Part shown: positions 1 to 11,605 of the stretch, piece by piece
Position numbering within the stretch: the stretch's first letter is position 1
Layout: each line of letters starts with the position of its first letter
DNA from: Macrostomum lignano
Taxonomy: Eukaryota
Direction: 5' to 3'
DNA length: 64,000 bases
Assembly (NCBI GenBank): GCA_002269645.1
Contig: NIVC01001147.1
Coordinates: forward strand, 62,001 to 126,000
Made by a program: the position numbers and the translations under genes
The notes under the pieces: generated by a model
Database searches by the model: none
Seen by the model: only the letters and a program-made list of their open reading frames with translations
Told to the model about the DNA's origin: nothing

Positions 1-129
1 TGGCTCAATTAAGCATCTGAGCAACCCCCTATGAGCCACAGAACTTCAACAATTCCCAGCATGAGTCTTTACATCTAAGAAATTCCCCAATGAGCCTTGA
101 GCCCCCTTCACAGGGACAGATGGCTGGGC

Positions 130-487
130 ACCCAGAACTGCCGGCAATCACGTGCTTCTGAACCAAAATCGGAAGGATTTTCGAGCCCTTGTCATGACCC
201 TTACCGGCCATGGCTACCTCGCCAGGCACTGCTTTATCCGAGGTGACCTCGAGAGCGAACTTTGCCCTTTTAGCGAGTACGACAATGAAGATGCTCAGCA
301 CTTTGTCTGTCACTTCCCTTTCTTTACCAGAGACCGGCTACGCTACCTCGGGCCGAAGCCGTCCATTGGCGAGGTCTGCCAGCCCGACAGCATCCCACGG
401 CTCATCCAGCTCCTTCGGGTGATAATACGAGCCAGTTTCTTCCCTATGGAAGATCCCGCTGCAGGACGGACCGGCGGACCACCCTGA
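130..487 (+). mobile_element. Decayed non-LTR retrotransposon (LINE) ORF2 C-terminal fragment
   Basis: Translation contains LVMTLTGHGYLARHCFIRGDLESELCPFSEYDNEDAQHFVCHFP. This matches the TGHG...C-x2-C...H...C C-terminal cysteine domain of I/R1/LOA-type ORF2, with two Cys positions mutated. It sits between related decayed repeats at ~30-100 and ~605-680. Confidence 0.6.
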
Positions 488-960
488 CCGGCCTCACGCC
501 TCTGCCTGTCTGCGGGCCTTCAGGGGCTGGCGGAATGTGCGACTCTCGCCTCCCCGCTGTGTCTACGGACCACCCTGCAGCTGAGTCAAAATACTTCAGT
601 CAAGAGCCGTGAGCCACAGCATTCCAGCAATTTCCTCCCATGAACCTTGAAATCTTAGCGATTCCCCATAAGTCTTTAATACAGTTTGCAGGGCGATTCT
701 TTTATGGTTGAACTCTGCTGGTGTATATGCTTGTCTACTCTGACCCGACTAATTGGATTTGACTTTGGACTAAGTACATCCTGCAATACAAACCTTTTTT
801 CGCTTTATCCTCCAGAAAATTTTCTATCATTTTTTGTACTATAAATAAATAAATAAATAAATATTTTCCTCCTATGTGAACCAGTTGCAGCTGCCTGATG
901 ATGTCTGCCTACGACAAAACGCCTTTCGGTATTGATTTGTATTAAAGAATATTGCATGTT

Positions 961-991
961 TTTGTCTGCCTGTCTGTCTGTCTTAGTGTCA

Positions 992-1043
<52 letters not shown>

Positions 1044-1072
1044 GCCTGCCTGTCTGCCTGTCCATCTGTCTC

Positions 1073-1133
<61 letters not shown>

Positions 1134-1134
1134 G

Positions 1135-1175
<41 letters not shown>

Positions 1176-1186
1176 GCCTGCCTGCC

Positions 1187-1251
<65 letters not shown>

Positions 1252-1265
1252 GAATTTGTCTGTCT
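961..1265. repeat. (TCTG)n microsatellite
   Basis: Read directly from the sequence. Confidence 0.97.
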
Positions 1266-1734
1266 GTTAAATTTAACTAAAACTCGTTTGAAAAAACGGT
1301 TTTCAAGAAATTTTTGTTAACATATCGGCTCGTACTTCTCTTCTATGCGTCAGAGTATCTGGGGTTGAAAATTTTCTAAGAATGACATGCGGCTTCCGGT
1401 TGGCCGATTTTATGATATTCTCGAACGATTGACTTTTCTTCGTATCGCGTGCTTATCAGTCAATATTTTAGCTATCAAAATAGATTTTTTATAAATCTTG
1501 CAGAAGTCCATTGCCCCCTTAAAAAGTTGGAAAATATTTCATAGCGGACGGCTGAATTCGATACAAAAGTGCTTTATGACAGTGAAATGTCGAAAGCAGA
1601 ATCTTGATGAATAAACCGGTAAAGATGTGATAGCTCTGGATCTGACAGTTTTTGGATGCGACACTTAGAGGATCTTCTAACAGTTCGAAGATGCGATGGT
1701 TTTGAGGTTGTGACATATGAGGATATGAGAGATC

Positions 1735-2035
1735 GAGGATGTGACAGATGAAGATATGACAGTTCCAGGATGTGATAGTTCGAGGATGTGACAGTTTGAG
1801 GATGTGACAGTTCCAGGGTGTGACAGTTCCAGGCTGTGACAGTTCCAGGATGTGATAGTTCCAGGATGTGAAAGTTCCAGGATGTGATAGTTCCAGGATG
1901 TGACAGTTCGAGGATGTGACAGTTCCAGGATGTGAAAGTTCCAGGATGTGACAGTTCGAGGAGGTGACAGTTCGAGGATGTGACAGTTCCAGGATGTGAC
2001 AGTTCGAGGCTGTGACAGTTCCAGGATGTGACAGT
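1735..2035. repeat. 16-bp minisatellite (GTGACAGTTCCAGGAT)
   Basis: Tandem copies visible, adjacent to the GPCR exon donor. Confidence 0.93.
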
Positions 2036-2083
2036 TACAACACGAAGCTATATCTGAGAAAGACGCGTCCGTCGGTTACTCAC

Positions 2084-5057
2084 GTAGAAGCCGGTGCCAT
2101 TGATCCTGACTATTTCGCCGTCGGGGTTTGCCCGGAGCTCCAGCTGTTCGCCGGAGCAGTAGTAGACGGTGCCCGTACCGCCGGTGACCATCTGCCAAAG
2201 GGCGACAGAGCTCAATGCGACTATTAATATTCCACCGGCGCGAGCGCAGAGCAGGCCGAGCTGCCTGCGGACGTCAACGGAGTCGTCAGCGTCCGCGCCA
2301 GCCGCAGACGCCGCGGTCGTTCGCCAGATGAGCCGGCAGCGGAAGGTACAAATGTAGGCCACCCAGTAGTTCCGGCATGGATAGGACGCAAAGCAGAGCA
2401 GGCGGAGCAGCTCGGTCGAGATGAAGCTGAACTTAATCTGGCTTTCGCTGTCGAACCACCAGATCGGCCTTTGGAACCTCACGTGACGACCATCGTCCGT
2501 GGCGATGTGAGTGAGAAATCGATCAGATCGCTCCAGCCATTTTTGGGTTGCACTCGAGACCTGGTTGGGGCAGCCAATGGGCGGTTCGTGAGCTCTGTGT
2601 TGATTTTCTACAAGGAGCTCAGATCCCTTTTTTGCTTTCCTTAGCCCCCGTCAGATCAGTACTAGCAGGCGCGGCCAATTTGCATGATGACATGTACATG
2701 TCTAGTAAGTGTAAGATTGGGGAGCTCTAAGACTGACTTAGACAGACAGACAGACATGAACATACTGGGATGGAAACTAGGACACTGGGACACTGGGACG
2801 GACTGATGGCGCACTACAGCACACTAAGAAAAATACAAGGAGACACACTAAGACAGACACTAAGACAAATACTTGAGGACACAAAACGACAGACACAAAG
2901 ACAAATACTTGAGGACATACTAGGACAGACACTAGGACAAATACAAGGAGAAACACTAAGACAAATACATGGAGACCCACAGAGACAGACACAAAAAACA
3001 AAATATACATGGAGACACAGAGACAAACAAAAAGACAAATACAAGGAGACACACAAGCTCTGACACAACGACAAATACATGCAGACACACAAAAGACAGA
3101 TACAAAGACGAAAACATGCAGACACACAAAAAGACAGACACAACTACAAATACTTGAGGACACAAAACGACAGACAAATACAAATACTTGAGGACACAAA
3201 AAGACAGACACAAAGACAAATACTTGAGGACACAAAAAGACAGACACAAAGACAGACACAAAGACAGACACAAAGACAAATACTTGAGGACACAAAAAGA
3301 CCGACACAAAGACAGACACAAAGACAAATACTTGAGGACACAAAAAGACAGACACAAAGACAGAAACAAAGACAAATATTTGAGGACACAAAAAGACAGA
3401 CACAAAGACAAATACTTGAGGACACAAAAAGACAGACACAAAGACAAATGCTTGAGGACACAAAAAGACAGACACAAAGACAAATGCTTGAGGACACAAA
3501 AAGACAGACACAAAGACAAATACTTGAGGACACAAAAAGACAGACAAAAAGACAAATGCTTGAGGACACAAAAAGACAGACACAAAGACCAATACTTGAG
3601 GACACAAAAAGACAGACACAAAGACAAATACTTGAGGACACAAAAAGACAGACAAAAAGACAAATGCTTGAGGACACAAAAAGACAGACACAAAGACCAA
3701 TACTTGAGGACACAAAAAGACAGACACAAAGACAAATACTTGAGGACACAAAAAGACAGACACAAAGACAAATACTTGAGGACACAAAAAGACAGACAAA
3801 AAGACAAATGCTTGAGGACACAAAAAGACAGACACAAAGACAAATACTTGAGGACACAAAAAGACAGACACAAAGACAAATGCTTGAGGACACAAAAAGA
3901 CAGACACAAAGACAAATGCTTGAGGACACTAACAGCCTGTCTGGCAGTGCATTTCAACCTCAGAGACGCAATTTTCTAGCGATCCTCGCTCAGCCTCTTT
4001 TCAATACAGGGTAGGTTAGTTTAATTGCCAGATGAAGAGGCAGACTTGAAACGTTTTGGCATAATGCATTCATCCCTTGCAATAAAAAACGTTAGAACGT
4101 GTTTTCAGCTGATCAAACTGATTCCATGCAGTCTGTAATCCTCGCAGCCACCGGCGTGTACTTTAATTTGCACAGCTAGTTGTAGTGGGAATCCTTCACT
4201 CCCCGGCTTGGATCGCTTGAGGCCAGGCAGGCTTACACCTTGAGCGTGCGCACGAATCAACATTAAACATGAGCGCTCGTAGTGCACGTGCACTGTTAGT
4301 CGGACAACTAGGGCCGCAGGATTAGCCAACGAGGTTTGAAAACAACTTGCGAATAAACTAGGAAAGTATCTGTAAAAAATAAGAAATCTATATTCTCATT
4401 TGATGAGGGATCGTTGCACTTTTGTGTTACGATGCCGGGTGCGATGGGTCTTGCATTCAGCTACTCGTTTCGCTCAGCTGACTGTCGTTTTCTGCCAAGC
4501 AAGCAGACAAAAAAAGCCGAATGAATTTTTTCATGCATAGCCGCAGGCAGCCGCATCAAGCGAACCACGTGCTTTCCCGCTTCTACCGGAGATTTCCTAT
4601 GCAGGTAGCTATTCTCTATTTCTTTGGCAACAGATGCGCTCAGAAACTGATACCGGTCTAGGTAACAGGTATAATATTGTTCCTCGACACCCGTTTAGCT
4701 GATGCATTCACCTGCTGTAGAGTTCAGTGGTTTCGAGCATATACTCTCACCTGATGCAGCAAGTCCAGAGCGCACAGCAGCAGCAGCAGCAGGCTGTAGG
4801 TCGGATAGCAACGACGGTGAACCATGACCGCGTACACCGCCGCCGCGATCCCAATGCCGATGGCGTTGATGCCGCCGAGAGTCAGGCTGAGGTACAGCGA
4901 TATCTGGTGCGACATGGGTACACCAGGAGCTGGCGCAGTCCCCGTCACACTGGAGTTGATGTTAATTCGCCAGACGCACTCGTTTATGAACGAGGGCACC
5001 GCCGGTACGCCCAGGTCACAGGCTGGCGGCTGAATGTATTCCTGGCTGGCGTTCTCC
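2084..5057 (-). CDS. Divergent rhodopsin-like (class A) GPCR, partial; exons 4751-5057 and 2084-2560
   Basis: Exon 5057-4751 (cacag acceptor, gtgaga donor) gives ...ECVWRININSS...ISLYLSLTLGGINAIGIGIAAAVYAVM (TM1)...PTYSLLLLLLCALDLLHQ (TM2). It splices in phase 0 to the 477-nt exon 2560-2084 (accag, gtgagt): ...ISTELLRLLCFASYPCRNYWVAYICTFRCRLIW (TM3)...AGGILIVALSSVALWQM (TM4)...GTGFY. The remaining exons lie outside the window or were not found. Confidence 0.65.
2820..3930. repeat. 36-bp minisatellite (GACACAAAAAGACAGACACAAAGACAAATACTTGAG) in GPCR intron
   Basis: Tandem array; it accounts for the QRQILEDTKRQT and VFLCPQ repeat ORFs. Confidence 0.95.
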
Positions 5058-5164
5058 CTGTGTGATGCGGAGTTTCCAAGATATTCGTTGAATCTTTCCT
5101 TACGTCTCAGACGAAAATTACGCTTTTCATAAGTGTTTAGGTCTTAAGAGTTGAATATAGGAGA

Positions 5165-6092
5165 AACGCAAGAGGGGGAAGAGGGGAGAGGGGAGAGGGG
5201 AGAGGCGAGGAGAGGAGAGGAGAGGAGAGGAATGGCGAGTGGACGGAAATGAGAGGACAGGACAGGAGGGACAATACAGGAGAGGAGAAAAGAGGAGAGG
5301 AGAGGAGAGGAGAGGAGAGGAGAGGAGAGGAGAGGAGAGGAGAGGAGAGGAGAGAAGAGGAGAGGAGAGGAGAGGAGAGGAGAGGAGAGAAAAGGAGAGG
5401 AGATGAGAGGAGAAGAGAGGAGAGGAGAGGAGAGGAGAGGAGAGGAAAAGGAGAGGAGATGAGAGGAGAGGAGAGGAGAGGAGAGGAGAGGAGAGGAGAA
5501 AAGAGGAGAGGAGAGGAGAGGAGATGAGAGGAGAAGAGAGGAGAGGAAAGGAGAGAAAAGGAGAGGAGATGAGAGGAGAAGAGAGGAGAGGAGAGGAGAG
5601 GAGAGGAGAGGAAAAGGAGAGGAGATGAGAGGAGAGGAGAGGAGAGGAGAGGAGAGGAGAGGAGAGGAGAGGAGAAAAGAGGAGAGGAGAGGAGAGGAGA
5701 TGAGAGGAGAAGAGAGGAGAGGAGAGGAGAGCAGAGGAGTTGAGAGGAGAGGAGAGGAAAGGAGAGGAGAGGAGATGAGAGGAGAGGAGAGGAGAGGAGA
5801 GGAGAGGAGAGGAGAGGAGAGGAGAGGAGAGGAGAGGAGAGGAGGAGAGGAGAGGAGAGGAGAGGAGAGGAGAGGAGAGGAGAGGAGGAGAGGAGAGGAG
5901 AGGAGGAGAGGAGAGGAGAGGAGAGGAGAGAGAGGAGAGGAGAGGCGAGGAGAGGAGAGGAGAGGAGAAGAGAGGAGAGGAGAGGAGAGGAGAGGAGAGG
6001 AGATGACAGGACAGGACAAGAGAAGAGAGGAGAGGAGAGGAGAGGAGATGACAGGACAGGACAATAGAAGAGAGGAGAGGAGAGGAGAGGAG
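5165..6092. repeat. (GAGAG)n pentanucleotide satellite
   Basis: Read directly from the sequence. Confidence 0.97.
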
Positions 6093-7217
6093 AGGACTTT
6101 ATTTTGCAAACTGCATTGAATCCTAAAATAAAAAATGGTTTTAGGAAACGAAGGCATGATTGACGGACGTGTCAAAAAATTAAAATTGCGATATGGAGTA
6201 TAATTTGCGCAATTAAAAACAGTAGATTGGCGTAAATTGTTAGTCAAGAATCTATCTGCCAATACGAGCTAGAGGCGCACAGTTCCAAGATACACTAAGA
6301 ATTTCCTGTTGTCCACACCGACTCGACTCCTATACTCACGATTCCTGTATGGAAGGAAGTCAGCTCTCAGTGATTTCTAGTGCATTTCGTGCCACGCGTG
6401 ATAAATAATGTGCTGGCTGACGCTGCCAGATGCTAGCGCAATTCTAAACCATATATTGGTGGCAACGTCTCTCTTCAATAACAAGAACCTTGACGATAAT
6501 TTGTCATGCAGAAAAGCCGGTATGATGGACACTGGCTCTTTATCAACTCACTTTTTCCTATGCATTTTCTGCACGCTAAGCATCGAGTATCAAAAAATCT
6601 GTTATAATGCCAAATGATTATAGCATTAGTAAGTAGAATTAACTTACATTCCGTAAGTGCCGGCTGTATAATATTGCAGACAGACTCGAAACTAATATTA
6701 CTCAGGTAAGGCCTCTTGGTGTAGCCTAAGTGCTTCAGTGCCGGCTGTTAAATACTAGATTGATGAATTGCACACGGCTTTTACCCAATGGCTCAGCGTC
6801 TTGGCCAATCGGAATGCGTCTGTATCGAGTGTCAAGCTGTCTTCTGGTGTCCTAAAGTTCGCTTCGTATTTTAAAAGCATATAGGCTGTGATCTAGCTCG
6901 TGTTTCCTATCCCTGCTGCTGATTGGACTGATCCTCTGATGAATGGGCTACGCCCATGCAGTTTGCTGACAATGCTAGGTCAAGCACCTCGCCTTTGTGT
7001 AGAGATATCCTTTTTGTGTCTTTAAAACGATGCGGGATGGAATCGTTCAAATTAAAATATTCTCCTCTGCCAAGCCCAACAAAATTGGCTGTTCAAGGAT
7101 CACAGGTGTCTTAAATGCAGGATTAAAAAAGATTATTTTTCTCAGTTTGATAATCAAATGAATTTCCTGTTAATTTTATGATTTCAGGATTCAATGCAAG
7201 TGGCTCAAATGCAGTCT

Positions 7218-7352
7218 GCCCGCGAGAATCGCCCCCCACCCCGCGAGAATCGCCCCGCGCGAGAATCGCCCCGTGCGAGAATCGCCCCGCGCGAGAATCG
7301 CCCCGCGCGAGAATCGCCCCCCGCGAGAATCGCCCCGCGCGAGAATCGCCCC
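7218..7352. repeat. Short 14-15-bp GC-rich tandem repeat (CGCGAGAATCGCCC)
   Basis: About 9 copies visible. Confidence 0.9.
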
Positions 7353-9316
7353 GTGATTTAAGAGTTATTCGGCTTGACATGTATTTTCTGTACTGTACTA
7401 TTGTATTCAAGGTGTTGAGTATTATTCTTCGTTAAGGTATAAGGCAGTAAAACAATAATCTGCAGGCAGAATATTTGTATAAAGTTTGATGCAGGGGGGA
7501 ACAAACACAATGGGAGCTATGGTGGCCTAATCGTGTTTCCTCTGCTTTTGAATCTTTTTAAAGAAAATTCAAAGCTTATCACAGACTGACTTCCTGTGAC
7601 TGCATGGGAAATTACACCTGATTAAATAGTGATTGTCATAAAATTTAGACATCCGCCCTAGCTTAGCTATACAATTGACTATCGATCGATTCCGGGGTTT
7701 CTACGTAAAATTGCTAATTATATGGAGCATAAATGAGGCAAAACGCTCTTAGGCTATAGTAGATCGCAAGGATGCGAGAACAGACGATAGTCGATGCCAC
7801 GGAGTTTATTACGATGGAAAAAGCACTATAAATTAATCCTTGTTGACATGCATGCACCATTATACATGTAAAATCATATCTGTCCCAGTTTGGCGCCCCT
7901 GGCTATGGAATTCCTTCTGGCGCTATAATTCAAAACTCCCCTGACACGATCATTTTCGCCCATGCACAGAAGGTTTCAGTCTCAGAAGTCCAAAGTTATC
8001 CTTTATTATTCTATACAACAACAAATTAAAATTCTTCCCTACAGAATCTTTCCCATTAGTATATAGTTTCCCGTTGGTAATTTCTCATTGACAATTGAGG
8101 ACTCTACTGTCCCTGTTATTTAGGCAAAGATTTTAATGTTTCTTTAAACTACACGTCACGTACATGTGCACGCATTGTCTAGATTAATGGCTATATGTAT
8201 ATAGATCACAAGGGAATATTGCCTTGATTTCATTATCTTGTGATTGTGGGAAACCATGTTTGCGCTATCCGACGCGTTTATAGCCCATATATATTCATTA
8301 ATTCACTAAACCTGTACACTGTACATGAAAAAGAATGCAGGGGGGCACATAAAAAATAGTACCAGATAGAATGTCTCTCTCTCTAGACAGGAAATTAGGC
8401 AGACGCATATTATACATTGATAAACGCCCTGTATGGGTACATGAACACCGATGAGATCCTTCCTGCCCACGAACACAATGAATACATGTAGAACACACAC
8501 AAAAGGATAAATGAATAGTGCAGTGAGTTATGGGATCAGATACTTCCACAGTTCCACGATATTTATCTGGTCTACAAAGCCCGAGTAATAAACCTGAGAC
8601 GAAATTTTTGTTATATTAGCTTTCTAGATGGCGTCTGCATCATATTTCAAATCTCAACTGTATTTTTCGCATTTTAGACTCGCTCGCTTTGCCCGTTTCA
8701 TTGCTTGCAGGGCGGGCGAGTCTTAGGCCTCAGTTAGGAATGACATACTGGTAACATTTATAATTCATTTAAACTAAGACTACCTATTTTCGTTCAATCT
8801 GATTCAATTTTTTCCAATTTTAAGTATTGTAAAATAAAGCTTATGTCTATATTCTAATGTGTTTTTGAAAATTGGGTTGTCAGTGTCAAAAACTTAGTCT
8901 GATGATCAAATAGTATTTAAAAAAAGTTTCAGTCACTAGTTTAATTTATCATATAATATTTATAAATCTAATATTTTATTAAATTTATTGCTAATAAAAA
9001 AGTAGGCTTATGACATAGTCATATGTTATTTTGTAAATGCAAAACTGTATCCTAGGTGTATTAATAATGCAACAAAACCTAGGGGGCTAAGCCTACTCAA
9101 GTCAAGTTTTTTTTTAAAATGGCCTTTTATGCCAATTAAGCATTTTATATATCAAATATATTTCCTTAGAAGCTAAATTAGGGGTCTATGACTATAGTAT
9201 TTGTTTGTGTTTTAGTTTATAGATGATAGAATAGGCATTAATTTTTAGTTAAGCTTTTATTACTAAAATAGATTTTGGAATAAATTTAGTGAATACTTTT
9301 TAGTATAAGGTCTATC

Positions 9317-9875
9317 GGCAATAGTGCAGCTTCGTTCGCAAAATTATTTTTTGTTTAAATTTGAAAGTTCGAAACCAGAAAACAATAACAACAATAAAAA
9401 TTGATGTTTTAGACCATTCTAACAATTGTGGCAAAGACTGTGGCAGCCATCAGGTCGCGCACATTTAGCTCTAGTTGTGGTAGAGCATTCGCTAGCAGCA
9501 CTTCATTTGGTGGAATTATCCACAAGGGTCTTGGTGGTTGTCCAGCCATGATACAATGTTGTCCAAAAGAAAAAGCAGATATTAGCAGCTTCTCAGCTAA
9601 AGGGAAACAGTTCAAGCCCACCATCACTTGAGCCCCTTTCAATTTTTTAAACTTTTTTTCCATAGACAAATTGTGTTTCAAGTAGCATTCAAGTGTGGCA
9701 CAGATTTAATGAAAAAAGTATATTAATAGAGCGCCCATTTGCTTTAAACTTCCGTGACTAGTGAGCTCTGGCACAGTTGCTAGAATGGTTTAAAACATCA
9801 TTGTTATTGTTTTCTGGTTTCAAACTTTCAAATTTAAATGAAAAATAATTTTGCAAACGAAACTGCACTATTGCC
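9317..9875. mobile_element. Non-autonomous DNA transposon (MITE), Merlin-like
   Basis: Imperfect terminal inverted repeats of ~105-120 bp (GGCAATAGTGCAGCTTCGTTCGCAAAATT... / ...AATTTTGCAAACGAAACTGCACTATTGCC). Perfect 8-bp TSD GGTCTATC at 9309-9316 and 9876-9883. The GGCAA terminus fits the Merlin GGNRM motif. Confidence 0.8.
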
Positions 9876-11046
9876 GGTCTATCATATTTAAGATCATATT
9901 TCATTTTCATATTTAATAGCCTATATTGAAAATTGTTTTTGAACTTAAAATTTTAAATAATAGCATCAAAGTATAGATTTAAAAAGTATAATTAAATCTT
10001 TGTAAAAAAGAAAAAGGGTTATATGCCTAGATTGATTGCTTTTGACAAGTTTAGATAGTTCATTAGATATTTTTATTATAAAAATATGTTGGATATAGCT
10101 TTGTAGCCTGTGACAGACTTAGATAGGATAGTTCCTATTACAACTAAGCAAATAAGTGGCAAATTCCACTAAGTTGAGAAGCTTAGCAAATGATACTAAA
10201 TAAGAGACTAATAAAATATTTGTGCATTTTGGCCAATTTCCATGCTTGAAATTTTATTCTAATAGGGAACATCATCATAGCTTATTGTACAATGCTTCTT
10301 AAATAAAAAGGGAAAGTAGGCCTATCTAAATTCAATTAAAAATGTATACTTCTAGCCCCTCATTGAATCTAAATTGTGGCCATATGTAGCTGACCTAGTT
10401 TAAATGCCATGCTCTGCATCAGAAAACTAATGCTATATGCTCTTAGTTGGCTCAGTTTTTTGATACAGTATCTATTTCCCTTAGGTTGGACAATCATGCG
10501 TAGAAAATGAGTAAAATAGGCCCAGCATTCCACATTTTAAATACAGGTTTCTTTTCACTTGGATAACAGAGAAGTGAAGGGTAGTCAGTTATAATGGTAC
10601 AAGCGTTCACATTCCGACATCATTCCGATTCTTTTTAAGTAGCACTCCCTTCAACTGAGAACGTTCCTAAGCACAAGTTCAGTATTGCAAATAAATTTAG
10701 CCATGTCAGGAATCGAATTTGTGTCCTTTGATTCAACCTGTTCAGTCTGAGATACAACAGGAGAGAGGCGGCTGTTGAGTCACGAGCGCATCACATCAGT
10801 TGCAGAGTTGCAAAAGAGTCGTCCAAGAGTCGTTGTGTTAGCGCTTAACTTTCTACTAACACAAGTAAACTAAATAAAGCTGTTATAAATGCAAAATGCA
10901 TTTCTAATTCATAAAATGACGCAGATGTGCTCTAGACGCAACTCTGTGATTCTACAGCGACTCCAATACGCCTCAGATACGATTCTATGGCCCCAGAGTC
11001 ACTTGCGTTGCAGTAATTTAAGGAGCGAGAGTCGGGATAGAAGGTT

Positions 11047-11416
11047 TTTTTTATTGGAGACAGGGGGGGGGGGTGTGTGCACCCTGGCGCACTTTAAGCG
11101 ACATAGGCACACAACCGGCGAGAGGCATTACTGCCCATTCCGCCGACTCCCCTGAGCAGGCATACAAAAAGCGCGCGGATACGTACGCAGGCACACAATC
11201 ACACAGGAGTGTACAGCGGCCCTAACTTTATATTATCGTTAGGCATGTACACTTCACTGCGTCTTGGGGGGTTGGCTCTCAAGGCCGTTAATTGCACAAG
11301 CAGAGCCAAGCCGAGATTCCAATTCAGCCCCAAATTAATGTGACTGCACTTGGAATCGAGCCTGGGTCGCTGGCACACCAGAGCAGCTGCGCTACCGCTG
11401 GGCTACGGCCCCCCTA
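11047..11416 (-). mobile_element. Full-length tRNA-derived SINE
   Basis: On the minus strand: head GGGGCCGTAGCCCAGCGG (A box), GGCTCGATTCC (B box), ending in CAATAAAAAAAA. Flanked by a 13-bp TSD GGGATAGAAGGTT at 11034-11046 and 11417-11429. Confidence 0.85.
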
Positions 11417-11605
11417 GGGATAGAAGGTTACTTAAGATTATGATTAATCTAGTAGAGCACTACCAGAGCATTGGTAATTTCGTGTTTCTCATTTATTCCA
11501 GCAGCTTGAAAACAAATCTAATCGGAAATAGTTTCTTTACTAAAAATATACACCTGCCGTTGTTAAAGAATATCCTGCTTCTACTACTTATTAATACGAG
11601 TAGCG

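Noticed and set aside
2777-4014. Several 260-376-aa repetitive ORFs
   Set aside because: They come from the 36-bp minisatellite in the GPCR intron, which is open in most frames.
4727-5065. Plus-strand 112-aa ORF (MVSSIYSHLMQQ...)
   Set aside because: Antisense shadow of the GPCR exon; the minus strand has the TM helices and matching splice sites.
11047-11416. Hammerhead ribozyme in the SINE, as in schistosome Sm-alpha
   Set aside because: No CTGANGA...GAAA core with suitable stems was found by eye on either strand.
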